Part shown: piece by piece, positions 1 to 11,299 of the stretch
Layout: each line of letters opens with the position of its first letter
Position numbering within the stretch: the stretch's first letter is position 1
Assembly: GCA_030390025.1 (NCBI GenBank)
Contig: CM059434.1
Coordinates: forward strand, 25,978,001 to 26,042,000
Direction: 5' to 3'
DNA from: Squalus acanthias
Lineage: Eukaryota
DNA: 64,000 bases
Program-made: the position numbers and the translations under genes
Notes under the pieces: generated by a model
Seen by the model: the letters and a program-made list of their open reading frames with translations, nothing else
Databases searched by the model: none
Told to the model about the DNA's origin: nothing

Positions 1-119
1 TCCTTTCCAAACTGGCCGATTTTCCGCTATCTGTTGTGCCCAAGCCAGGGTGCCCTACCCCAAGAAAAGCTCCCCTTATTTCTTTGAATGGAAAGCCCCC
101 AGTTTCTCGTCTCCCGTCT

Positions 120-290
120 TAACTGCACTTCCAGCAGGGGTCACCAGATAGTGATCAGAAGCCGGAATCCTAGCGGATTTTCCTTTCCTTAACCCAGAGG
201 TAGCGAGGCCAGTTATAAATCCTCCTCCAGCAGCTAACTCAACACAGAGATTGAACCAGAGACCACTGTGGTCTGTATGGCTCAGGAACT
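120..290 (-). mobile_element. Degenerate tRNA-type SINE fragment (family uncertain)
   Basis: Minus strand has a B-box-like GGTTCAATCTC after CTGAGCCATACAGACC; a more decayed similar stretch (cacttccagca...aactcagc) lies near 50960-51230. Confidence 0.4.
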
Positions 291-780
291 CGCTGGATAA
301 ACTCCTTAAAGCACATCAGGAGCGAAATATAGATTTTAGCACACTCAAAATCAACACCATGAGATGTTGCAGTAGTATATTTTTAATTAGACAACTGTTA
401 GTGCTCGGTTATTGCATTTTTTGGCTTTCTAAAAGGATTCTTTCAGAGTGTGAAAAACCGTACACCTCATTATTTAATTGTTTTATCTCCCAAACACCAA
501 ATCCTGACTGAGGGAATAGGCTTGCGATCTTCTGACTGACCTCTACCAAAATTATTCTGTAACCAGGTGACGTGGGTGTGTAGAAGAATCTGGGTTCCTC
601 CCTTTTAGGGAGCAGCTTCTCACCTTCATTGGGTACATTTCCCAGCAGAATTTAGAATTCAGTGTGTGAGAAATCATGTATGCCGATTCCATAGTAAATA
701 GTAACACCCTCTTTTTAAAATTTCTCCTTTTATTAAATTAAATGTTTTCACCATCCCAAATGATTTCACCGTGACAAAAA

Positions 781-1186
781 TCTAAGCTGACACTCCAGTG
801 CCGTACTGAGGGAGTGCTGCACTGTCAGAGGTGACGTCTTTCGGATGAGACGTTAAAACCGAGGCCCTGTCTGCTCTCTCAAGTGGATGTAAAAGATCCC
901 AAGGCACTATTTCGAAGAAGAGCAGGGGAGTTCTCCCCAGTATCCTGGCCAATATTTATCCCCCAATCAACATCACTAAAACAGATTATCTGGTCATTAT
1001 CACATTGCTGTTTGTAGGGGCTTGCTGTGCGTAAATTGGCTGCCGTGTTTCCTACATTACACCAGTGACTACACTTCAAAAGTACTTCATTGACTGTAAA
1101 GTGCTTTGGGGCATCCTGTGGTCATGAAAGGCGCTATAGAAATGTATTAATTTCTTTCTTTTTCTTTCTCTCTTTCTTTCTTTCTT
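781..1186 (+). mobile_element. Deu-domain SINE (SacSINE1/AmnSINE1-like), 5'-truncated, with L2-type tail
   Basis: GAGGGAGTGCTGCACTGTCAGAGG...TTTCGGATGAGACGTTAAAACCGAGG core; tail AAAGGCGCTATAGAAATG then (TTTC)n; several homologous copies in the window. Confidence 0.8.
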
Positions 1187-1323
1187 TGCCATCCCTTTCA
1201 ATTTTTTAAAAATTATTTTGTGAACCATAGATTCTGACGTGAACAAATTGTCATTCGTTGTTCAAAAGTGAACAGTTTATAATGACAATGCATTGTGTCT
1301 CACTGGCAATGCTATGCCCTTAC

Positions 1324-1627
1324 CTGATCACATCCAGGTAGACATCTGTATAATAAACCTTCATCTCCACACTGTCATAGTCCAGGGAGATGACGTTATG
1401 TAGCTCAGGAACTGGAACATGCACATCCGTGTAATCAATTGTATCCAGAGAGATCCGGCGGATGCTGCCACGGCTGGAGAAGAGGAGATAGGTCTCAGGA
1501 GCATTGTCACAAGTTTTCCCGTCATTCTTCATTTGGATTCCTGTTGGACATGCGCAGGTGATACCATTGGGACGTGGAAGGCAGAGATGGCTGCAGCCCC
1601 CGTTCCTGACACTACACTTGTTAAAAC
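1324..1627 (-). CDS. LRP4: LRP4 coding exon (~exon 28), EGF module plus start of beta-propeller 4; gene continues beyond window start
   Basis: 304 nt; gtacag / GTAAGG; encodes [30 protein letters not shown]...[19 protein letters not shown]...[11 protein letters not shown]. Confidence 0.96.
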
Positions 1628-1765
1628 CTGTACAGGAACAAACCAAAACCTCTTTCAGCAAAGTGTGAAAGTATTAATGTGAAATCTGCTATACTGGATT
1701 CTGGGGGTTTTGAGTGGACTATAATACAGGACGTAGAGTATCTAGGATACAACCAATTCCCATGT

Positions 1766-1940
1766 ACAGTTTACCCTCGTTAAATCGAAGTCAATTAACT
1801 TGAATTACTGGATAATTCAAATTGAATGATGCTTAAAAAGTCTACTGTGCCATTTTAATCCAATTGCTTAATTTCAATTTCTGGATAACGCTAATTATGT
1901 TCAGCAAAATACAACTGAATTATCAGGAGTTGGCTCTAAC
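1766..1940. mobile_element. Possible decayed Tigger/pogo-like MITE
   Basis: Starts TA|CAGTTTACCCTCGTTAAATCGAA; an inverted related stretch lies at ~16410-16540. Confidence 0.3.
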
Positions 1941-1996
1941 ATTTTCAGTCGTTCTCAAAATAAAATTCTAATGCACCCTTCTCCTTTCAAACAAAG

Positions 1997-2616
1997 GGGA
2001 TTTTCACAGAGCGCTCACATCGGGCGGGCAGTGGGTGAAGCGATTACACTGCCTGCCTTATGGCACCAGTGAGAGGCCCAAACCATTTTCATGGTCGGGC
2101 CTCACCTGCATGGCCAACGAGTGCTGACAGGCAGCTCATGATTGGGGGCGTGGTGGAAAAATCTGGCAGGACCTCCACAGAGCCGAGCTGGGAGTAGGCA
2201 CTTAAAGTGGAGGCAATCCCGGGGGCGGGGGTGGGCTCACAGAAGGACTGGCAATGGGCTGGAAAATGCTTTTGGGGGCCAGGAGGAACATGCATCCTCC
2301 TCTTTGTCCCACAAAAATCAGTGCCACAGCTGTTTCCTTCGTTTTTTGGAGCAACCTGCAGCAGTCCCTTATAGGACCAGCCACACAATGCTCAATTCCA
2401 TTGGGCGGAGCACAGGAGTAGGACCTGATTTGAATACCTTAACAAGGCTCCCCCATTTAAGGTGGGAATGCTGGCCAACCATGTCCAGGCCAACTCTAAA
2501 ATTAAATCAGGCAGTTGGCCAGCCAGTGGGCAGCAGCATTTTTAAAGAAGTTTTTGTATGCCTACCGCCCTATATATTAGTGCAAATAGGCTGGTAAGCA
2601 GACGAAAATCGCCCCC
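1997..2616. mobile_element. Non-autonomous DNA transposon/MITE with GGG...AATT-type ends
   Basis: GC-rich island ending GAAAATCGCCCCC and starting GGGGATTTTC (decayed terminal inverted repeat, TIR). Confidence 0.45.
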
Positions 2617-3417
2617 AGAGTCAGTTATATTAGTGACAACCTGTATTCACCCCCCTCCCCCTCCTCCTCAAGCTCTCTGTTAAATTCCAGTCAGAATCAA
2701 CTGTCTAAGATGAAGCCTGGTTTTCATACTTCATGTGTCGATATTTCTAGTCTGGCTCCTATTAAGGCTTAATTGGCTGTGTATTCCTACTTGATGCGGT
2801 GATCTATTCTGCACTTCTTCTTAGGCCAGTTATATTCCAGTCACGGTAATCTCACAAACCGATACGTACAGTCGATTCATACTTCATAAATGTAGCGTCC
2901 AAGCAAAATTGAAACCACTTTGCACTTACGCCAAATTTGGAGTGTGAATCGCAAGATCCAAACTGACTCTGACAGGGCGTGTCATGCCACTTCAGTCTGG
3001 TCAGGCCCCAGCAGCGGATTCAGACTGCAAAACCACTTCACACCAATGCTACAGTTGTAGTGTAAATGCACCTTACTTTCTCAAAGCAAACACCTTCAAA
3101 GTATAAATTTCCAACGTGGTCTGCAGATGTTTATTACTTTATATTTAAAAAAGAGTAGCTAGTTTATTTTCCTCTGGTTGATAATGTGAGCAAAACAGCG
3201 AACAGGTTTCCCAGTCTTGAAGATGGAATATAGGAGTTTCTTTGCAGTACAGGCTGCGGAGTCGAGAATGAGGTGCTGCCAGAGAGTGTAATTACAGCAT
3301 GATAAGTTTACATGGGCAGTTTTCATTATAACTGTGGACATAGGAATTTATAATGGAAAATGGCGACATGAAAGTGTGATAAAAACGTGACAACAAGTAA
3401 TAAGATTTCATAGACAG

Positions 3418-3895
3418 AACAACAACTTGTATTTATATAGCGCCTTTAACATAGTAAAACGTTCCAAGGTGCTGCACAGGAGTATTACAAGACAAAAAAT
3501 TTGACACCGAGCCACATAAAGAGAAATTAGGGCAGGTGACCAAAAGCTTGGTCAAAGAGGTAGGTTTTTAAGGAGCATCTTAAAGGAGGAAAGAGAGGTA
3601 GTGAGGCAGACAGGTTTAGGCAGGGAATTCCAGAGCTTAGGGCCTAGGCAACAGAAGGCACGGCCACCAATGGTTGAGCGATTATAATCAGGGATGCTCA
3701 AGAGGGCAGAATTAGAGGAGGGCAGATATCTCGGGGGGTTGTGGGGCTGAAGGAGATTACAGAGATAGGGAGGGGCGAGGCCATGGAGGGATTTGAAAAC
3801 AAGGATGAGAATTTTGAAATCAAGGCGTTGCTTAACCGGGAGCCAATGTAGGTCAGCGAGCACAGGGGTGATGGGTGAACGGGACTTGGTGCGAG
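3418..3895 (-). mobile_element. L2-clade LINE 3' end (ORF2 C-terminus and tail)
   Basis: ORF 3552-3923 contains ITPVLADLHWLPVKQRLDFKIL...GLAPPYL...GGRAF...PKLWNSLP, typical of L2; tail AAAGGCGCTATATAAATACAAG(TTG)n. Confidence 0.9.
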
Positions 3896-4028
3896 AAAGT
3901 GAGTACAGATGTAAGATTTTCAATATGTTATAGATATATGTATTTCAGGTCAGAGAATCTAACCCTCCACCTACACCGAGTAGAAACCAACCGGCAAGAA
4001 GCGCACTATAGTATAAAATATAACATAC

Positions 4029-4254
4029 CAACAGGTCGGACTCGGTCAATAGCCTGAATGTCCATTAGCCCAGGCAAGTTGCCTCGCACCGTAATTATGT
4101 CACCACCTGTATTCTTGTCTGCTCGTTGGATGCTTCGAGTTTGCCAGTCTGTCCAGTAAATGTGAGGGTCAAGCAGAGTCAGGCCATAAGGGTGCTGGAC
4201 AGGTGTGACCAGAGTACGGCGGTTAGCACCATTCAGATCTGCTGCCTCAATACG
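4029..4254 (-). CDS. LRP4: LRP4 coding exon (~exon 27), end of beta-propeller 3
   Basis: 226 nt; gcatag / GTATGT; encodes [47 protein letters not shown]...[16 protein letters not shown]. Confidence 0.95.
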
Positions 4255-4668
4255 CTATGCAATAAAAATAGAAATATGATGAACTACACTAGATTTCTTC
4301 TCAGGGATAGTTCTTTAAACAAGCAAAACAGAGAAAAACAAAGCAAAGTATAAGAAACACTAGATATATTCCTGGCTTCCATTCAGGTCAAGGTCTAATC
4401 CAGATGAGAACTATTGAGAAGAGGACAACTTTCTTGCATAGATGAGATGCTATTTTGATAACACATCTAGGCATTGGGAGCAACATCAATTTTGAATACA
4501 GGAAATTCCTGATAACAACAAAAACCCATTTAACCACACTCTTTGGGGAAATTTTGAAAATAGCGATGGCTGCTATTTCAAGGAAACAATCATATCTGAT
4601 GAAATATAACTATATTTTTCGATCAATTATTTGATATACTGATACTGGTACAGAGTGACTGTGTGTAC

Positions 4669-4831
4669 CTCAGTATGTGCATCAGCCCACAGGAGCCGGG
4701 AGCCTACTTTGTCAATGGCCAGACCATTAGGCCAGCCCAGGTTACTATTGATGAGAATCACTCTGTCCGACCCATCCATTGCAGCACGTTCCAGTTTGGC
4801 ATGTTCCCCCCAGTCTGTCCAGTACATGAAC
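4669..4831 (-). CDS. LRP4: LRP4 coding exon (~exon 26)
   Basis: 163 nt; tgctag / GTACAC; encodes [54 protein letters not shown]. Confidence 0.96.
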
Positions 4832-5196
4832 CTAGCAATATACAATAGAAATACATCAACACAATCTAGATCATAACCATTAAGTATTAGATAACATCTC
4901 CTTCCTTTTATATAACGGGGCAAATTTTGAATAATTCATTTATTAACCTGCAGTAGCATTAATACCTATTAGAGAATGGCGAGGTCTGTGCTCTTAAAAT
5001 AAATGGGTTAACAACCATGTTAAAATAGCAACGACAGTAATTTAATGCAAGCCTATTAGCCAATTCATTAAAAATAGCACAGGAGAACATGAAGAGAGAA
5101 CTTGGATTTATATAGTATCTTTCACATCCTGAGGACATGCCAAAGTATTTCACAGCCAATGAATTACTATTATGAGTTGCAGACACCGTTGTTATC

Positions 5197-5623
5197 CTTA
5201 GCTCAGTGGTAACACTCTCGGCTCTGAAGGTTGTGAGTTCAGGCCTCAGTCCAGGCCTTGAGCACATAATCTAGGCTGATACCCAAGTGCAGTACTGAGG
5301 GAGTGCTGCACTGTCAGAGGTGCCGTTTTTCGGATGAGCTGTTAAACTGAGGTCTGTCTGTCCTCTCAGGTGGATGCAAAAGATTCCATTGCACTACTCG
5401 AATACGATGCACACGAGTTCTCCCGGTGTACTGGCCAATATTACTAAAAAAAAACAGGAATATTTGGTCGCTATCTCATTGCTGTTTGTGGGACCTTGCT
5501 GTGCACAAATTGGCAGCTATGTTTCCCTACATTACAACACTTCATAAGTACTTAACTGGCTCTAAAGCGCGTTGGGGCATCCTGAGGTCGTGCAAAATGC
5601 TATATAAATGCAAGTTTGTTCTT
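5197..5623 (+). mobile_element. Near-full-length Deu-domain SINE inserted into an older antisense copy (5096-5195 and 5624-5960)
   Basis: A-box TAGCTCAGTGG, B-box-like GAGTTCAGG, Deu core, tail ATGCTATATAAATGCAAG; the flanks join to form a minus-strand copy of the same SINE. Confidence 0.8.
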
Positions 5624-6241
5624 TAGGGAAATATGGCAACCAATTCACACAGCAGGGTCTTACAAACAGCAAATGAGACAACTGAGCAATTAATCTGTTT
5701 TGCAGGTGTTGGTTGAGGGATGAATATTGTACAGGACTCTGGAAGAATTTCACCCTCTTCTTCAAATAGTACCATGGAACTTTTAAATACATCTTAAGAA
5801 GAAGACAGGGACTCAGTTTAACACCTCAACTGAAAGATGACACCTCCCAACAATGCAGCTTAGTACTGCGCTGAAGTGCAGGCTAGGTTATGTACTCAAG
5901 TACTGTATGCAGCTTGAACCTGCTGACTGAGAGGCAAGAGTGCTACCAGATAAGGCAAACTGACACCTTAGACAGACATCACTAATAATCCAAGCACGCT
6001 CAGAGGACTTAAATATTTATGGCAGTTTTACTTCACATCATTTCAGCTTTGAGAACGTGAACCAATACACAATACATGGCACAATAAAACAAAACCATGC
6101 ACTACTTGGTTATTTTTACTTCTTTTCTGATAAATTTTGGGTATTTTTTAAATAGATTTATGTTATATACTTTAGTAAAATTACAATGACAAATCACTGA
6201 ATTTACCATTTATTTGAACATCATATGACCTGCCTACCCAC

Positions 6242-6413
6242 CCTCTCTCATGATGAAGAGCAATGGCTCTTGGACTGTCCAAATTCTGCCAGATCAGAAC
6301 TTTTCGCATTGTTCCGTCCAAATTAGCAACTTCAATGCGATTCGTCCCAGTATCCGTCCAGTATATTTTACGGCCTGTCGCATCCACTGCCAGTCCATCG
6401 GTGGTCATTAACC
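6242..6413 (-). CDS. LRP4: LRP4 coding exon (~exon 25)
   Basis: 172 nt; tctcag / GTGGGT; encodes [58 protein letters not shown]. Confidence 0.95.
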
Positions 6414-6889
6414 CTGAGAAGAGAAAACACTATCTATAGAATGTACAGTTCTAACAATAGTTTATTTTGGAATCAATATTATAGTACTCTCATTTCCAAC
6501 AGTAAATTTATTTTGGAGTTAACACCCCTCATTCTATCAAGAAAACCAAGCTACTATATTCTGTTAAAACAGTTTGCGTCTAACAGAGACGAGAAATAAT
6601 CTGGGCCGGATAGCTGAGCTAGTCCAATCTGGCTTTACAGTTTGTACCAACCAAAACCCAGCGTGGCTCTGCGAAGCACAAATACAATAGCTCATTTGCA
6701 TTATTTTTGGACACAATACACTTTTTGTGTCTTCCTTATTGGTAAAGAAACAAAATACCCAATAAATATTGCCCTCTACAAAATGCAGTTTGTACAGCTC
6801 CCAAAGACATTGTTCTGGAGAGGTTCTGCTGCACTTTGGATTTCTCGAAACAGCTGTATAAAATGCGCAGACTGGCTCTGACCTCTCAC

Positions 6890-6976
6890 CTGTGGTTACA
6901 ATGTCTTCCTGCTGTGATCCATTCAGGTTGGCTCTGCTGATTTTATTCAGTGTGCTGTCTGACCAATACACCTTCC
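6890..6976 (-). CDS. LRP4: LRP4 coding exon (~exon 24)
   Basis: 87 nt; ttttag / GTGAGA; encodes [29 protein letters not shown]. Confidence 0.95.
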
Positions 6977-7528
6977 CTAAAATAAAAATGAAATTTCTTC
7001 AGTTCCACTCGTGAATAGGTTAATTTGTGAAGGGTTTATGACCTGTTTATTTTGACCACACTTTACTCACAGGAAGACAGGCTGAGGTAAAGTTTCACTG
7101 AACTGGCAAAACCAAAAAGACAGTCAGCAAAAAAGAACAATTTTGTTCAAATAGGAGTGAAATCAGAGGCAATGACCAAGCAATGTTGGTGTATTTTTAA
7201 CTTTAACTATGTTTTGAAACAGTTTTGAAGATGTAATCTTGGATTTGCAGTGTTACAAATCTGAGTTTCCTCACGACAAAGTAGTTCTATATAGATTGAT
7301 TCTGGTCATGCTGAATTGGTACCAAATGCCAAGAGGACAAGGCATTTTAATTTATTAGTAAATCTCAACAATCAAAAAAAATGCAACCTTAGCTCAGGTT
7401 TGGTGATGAAACAGCAATGTACTTGTTGGTAGCTTATTGTGGATGTACAACTAAATGACTCAGTGAGGTTCATGCATTTATGTCTCAAAACAGGTCACTA
7501 CAAAGCTTTGTCATAAATTAACATTCAC

Positions 7529-7669
7529 CTTCTTTAGGGTCAACTCCAATTGCAATTGTATTTTTCATTGATCCATTGACCGGCACCACCACATCGGCAA
7601 AGTAAGGAATATCTAGTGACACCATTCGGATATCTGTCCTTCGTGCAAATATGAGGAAGCTAGTCATAC
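7529..7669 (-). CDS. LRP4: LRP4 coding exon (~exon 23), start of beta-propeller 3
   Basis: 141 nt; tttcag / GTGAAT; encodes [47 protein letters not shown]. Confidence 0.95.
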
Positions 7670-8210
7670 CTGAAATAATGCAGAAACATGATAAAAAATA
7701 ACATCATGCAGTCAGATGAAAAAGCAATTCCTAAACTATTAAACCATCTTTTCAGTCACCAAACTACGTCAGTGAAGACATGATGCTATCCTTTCAGGAG
7801 CAGGCTGCCTCTTAGCTTTCTGAAGTGTTTGTTCTGCACACTGGCACATGGCAGTTTCCAAGAGCCCGTTTACTGCCCAGAAACGAAACAAAGAGCACTG
7901 TGCTCACACCTAGCAACTCAAGTCACTTTGCTGGTTAATAATAGCAACTTAATATAGCTATAAATACCCATTAAAGTCCAAATACAGTCCAGCTTACAAT
8001 TCAAAAGAATTTTAAAAACGGAAATTTTGAATGTCAGCATATTGCTGGGAAGAGACAGCCAATGAGGAGCAAGTTACTTTAATTCCAGGCACTCTTTAGC
8101 TACCTTTTTTCAAAAGTATTTGAGTTATCCTTGTTTAAAAGAAAGTCTGAAACAGATTTGTTATTTCAAATACCTTTGTGCCACATACCAAAAGGGGAGT
8201 TACATCTTAC

Positions 8211-8342
8211 CAGGTGCGCAGGTTTTGCCATCTGCAAGGAGGTTTATGCCTGTGGGACATGCACAGTTGTAGGCCTTAGGCAATGGAGCGAGAAGGCAGA
8301 GATGACTGCAGCCACCATTGTTTATTTTACACATGGTAGCCA
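8211..8342 (-). CDS. LRP4: LRP4 coding exon (~exon 22), EGF-like module
   Basis: 132 nt; ttacag / GTAAGA; encodes [44 protein letters not shown]. Confidence 0.95.
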
Positions 8343-8498
8343 CTGTAAGTAAATAAATGAAACAAAAATCTTTTATAATAATTACTGTAAGGTAATAGAT
8401 AAAAGGTTCATTTAGTCCAGCAAAAATAAATCATAGTTTACATTAAAGCTTATTGAACTGAGAGTTTGAACCAGGGCTTCTGACTCTTTGTCAATTAC

Positions 8499-8688
8499 CT
8501 GGTGTTCGATGACGATGGAACATGTGAATATCCATTAGGTTTTCCAGGTTCTCTCGCAGCATCACACGTCCCAGGCCACTGTTTTTATCTGCACTCTGAA
8601 TACTCTTTGATTGCCAGTCAGTCCAATAAATCTTATCTTCATGTAGAGTCAAGCCGAAAGGGTGAGGCAAATGACTGCCAATCAGGAC
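8499..8688 (-). CDS. LRP4: LRP4 coding exon (~exon 21), end of beta-propeller 2
   Basis: 190 nt; ttctag / GTAATT; encodes [38 protein letters not shown]...[16 protein letters not shown]. Confidence 0.95.
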
Positions 8689-9190
8689 CTAGAAGAGAAT
8701 TACAATTGTTGGGGTGGGGGGTGGGTTGCAGGGCGTGGAGGGAGGAAGGAAAGAAAGTTTAGATCAGTCTGGATTAACTGTTGCTTTAAGCGTGTGTCAC
8801 ATGGATTTGCAATTTAATTTGAAAAGTACAAGGTCAGTCACGAGACAGCTTAATTATATTTATGCTGATACAATTTCAAAAAAGTCTATGAGTTATCCAT
8901 CTATTGTAACTGGAAGGCAACTGATTATTCTTTGCTTTCAAGAACAAGATGATATGTTTTGTATATTTATCCTCCTGAATAAGTAACTCCATTCAATTAA
9001 TATTCAGCACAACTATCCTGAATAATACAAGGTTAATATAAACACCAGCCATAGATGGACAAAAGTAATATTTAATATTTCAATCCCGAGTGAATTTAAT
9101 GCAACAATGAAGATAATTAGTATCAATATAGTTTACATTCTTTTTCCTTCTGTTTTCAGAATGAAACCATTAATGATTATGTTCTCATAC

Positions 9191-9392
9191 CCTCCTATCA
9201 GTCCCATTGAGGTTGGCGTACTCAATTGTCTTCATGCCTGCATCAGCCCAATACAGTCTCTCTGTCTCATAGTCCACTGCTAAGCCATTGGGCCAAGTGA
9301 GGTTGGAGGAGATGATTACTATCCGCTCAGAGGCATCCAGCCCTGCACGTTCAATTTTTGGGTTGGATCCCCAGTCTGTCCAATACATGTAC
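9191..9392 (-). CDS. LRP4: LRP4 coding exon (~exon 20)
   Basis: 202 nt; atgaag / GTATGA; encodes [67 protein letters not shown]. Confidence 0.96.
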
Positions 9393-9806
9393 CTTCATAT
9401 AAAGAAAGAATGATAAAGAATTCTTTTGGTTTGGATTGTGGCATGATAAATGTTCAAACCCTATAACTACAGATCAGCTTCAGTCTCTGCATTTAACTGA
9501 GTTATTAAATGAGGCATTTTATGCCGAGATTTAAAAAAAAAGACACTGCAGAAGTTTAATCACTCAGACCCAGGTTAGGTTGGGGTCAGATATGCCTGAA
9601 AACTCCAATTACACAGGAAACAGCTACAAGCTAAAACTTGACAGCAAAATCAAATATTCTGCCTTGCATTTAAATGAATCATTAGATAAATGGAGCATAA
9701 AATTATTACATTACAAATAACAAAACTAAAAGTTTTTGGATATGTAATACTAAGGAATAACAATAGCTGAACTACCAAACTGCTTATTAATGTCAAGTGA
9801 ACAAAC

Positions 9807-9912
9807 CCTCCGATAGGATCCACCACAATGTCTCTGGGCCTGTCCAGGTTCTCCCAGATAAGGACTGTGCGCATGCTGCCATCTAAATTTGAAGCCTCGA
9901 TTCTATCAGTAC
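9807..9912 (-). CDS. LRP4: LRP4 coding exon (~exon 19)
   Basis: 106 nt; ttttag / GTTTGT; encodes [36 protein letters not shown]. Confidence 0.94.
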
Positions 9913-10029
9913 CTAAAAGCAAGAATGAGATGAAGGATTACAAATACATTTTGTGTTTGTAAAACACGATACATTTAATATAATGAATATGCTGGGTAGT
10001 ATAGTGTTGGAACACTGATTCATTGAGCC

Positions 10030-10160
10030 ATGTGAATATACAGCACAGAAACAGGCCATCGGCCCAACCAGTTTATGCTCCACTCGAGCCAAATAAATCC
10101 CCAACTGAGAATTGAACCTGGGCCGCAGCAGTGAAAGCACTGAATCCTAATCACCAGGGA
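10030..10160 (-). mobile_element. tRNA-Glu(TTC)-derived head fused to a CR1 3' tail (mini-SINE or chimera)
   Basis: Minus strand TCCCTGGTG-ATTAGGATTCAGTGCTTTCACTGCTGCGGCCCAGGTTCAATTCTCAGTTGGGGA, then GGGCCGATGGCCTGTTTCTGTGCTGTA (CR1 tail as in other copies here). Confidence 0.7.
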
Positions 10161-10419
10161 CCTATGTGGTGTAGGTTGTGGGTTTAAAACCACAATATCT
10201 AATTCAGCAAGATCCCACCCATAACCATGCTTTGTGGATAGGCGCTCATGCACTCCAGCACCAGAAGATAGTTCCACTTTTGTACATCTCTTGCTGATCA
10301 TAAACACTATAAAAGCCTCAAGAAAATCCTTCAAAAATCAAAATATTTTAAATCCAGTGCTGCTACATTTGATAGGCAGTGACAGATATGCTGAATGTAA
10401 TCGTTTTTGGTTGGGTTAC

Positions 10420-10501
10420 CTGCATCTGTCCAGTAAAGCTTGTTTGTCACCCAGTCAACAGCTAGCCCTGCAGGGCTTTCCAGACTGGTGTCCACTACAG
10501 C
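10420..10501 (-). CDS. LRP4: LRP4 coding exon (~exon 18)
   Basis: 82 nt; tttcag / GTAACC; encodes [27 protein letters not shown]. Confidence 0.95.
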
Positions 10502-11090
10502 CTGAAAGAAAATTGATTGAAAACACTATCAGACGGAGAACGATAATACTGCAACATATTGCTTTGTGAAGCTTCCAAGATAAAAAAAAAATTGCATATA
10601 AACTGAATCCCTTACTTACCAAATCACTAGACTATGACCTCTGATATATTACACAGTCTTTATGACTTCCCCGCTGTTATTGAAATTACATAAAAATATT
10701 CTATCTATAACTAATTTTATTGTAACACATTTATATATGGTTCCCACAATAGCAGTGAACTGTATAGAATTCATGATGTCAAAGAAAATATATCAACTGG
10801 GGGTTCTACATAATCCTAATCTCATTGGATGATAGCTGAAATTAAATGGTACATTTCCTCCCCATAATCTAACTTATCAGCCTTTGTTTTCCAAGCATTA
10901 GAGGTAACTACAGTTTATCAGGATAAAGCTGCCCCTCATAGGATGAATGTGTTTGGCACAGTATAGATTGATTGATTGCAAAATATCTTCCTTCATAAAA
11001 TGAACTTGCTTTGCCTTTTCTTCTTTGCGTTATACCACTGTGAACATACCAGGCTTCAGCCTCCTAACCTATGCAGATACATGAACTTAC

Positions 11091-11299
11091 CTCCTGCTTT
11101 GTTCCATCCCACTTTGCCCTGTTGATAGAGTCTGTGGTGACATCTGTCCAATAGATGTATTCCCCTTTGGCGTCCCAGTCAAGTGCAACAGCACTGCGCA
11201 CATCAGCCAGTGGAATGACATCATCAGACTTGTCCTCGGTGTCAAAGCTGATGCGACGGATGTCCGTCCTTCGAGCAAAAAGCAGGAACTTGTCAAGAC
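11091..11299 (-). CDS. LRP4: LRP4 coding exon (~exon 17), start of beta-propeller 2
   Basis: 209 nt; tatcag / GTAAGT; encodes [42 protein letters not shown]...[21 protein letters not shown]. Confidence 0.96.

Noticed and set aside
1419-1682. Plus-strand ORFs overlapping LRP4 exons (also 4655, 11155, 16004, 38723, 41985, 45623, 48988)
   Set aside because: They are antisense shadows of coding exons with no recognisable protein signature.
10098-10160. Functional tRNA-Glu gene
   Set aside because: D-arm/A-box deletion, CpG decay in the stems and fusion to a LINE tail.
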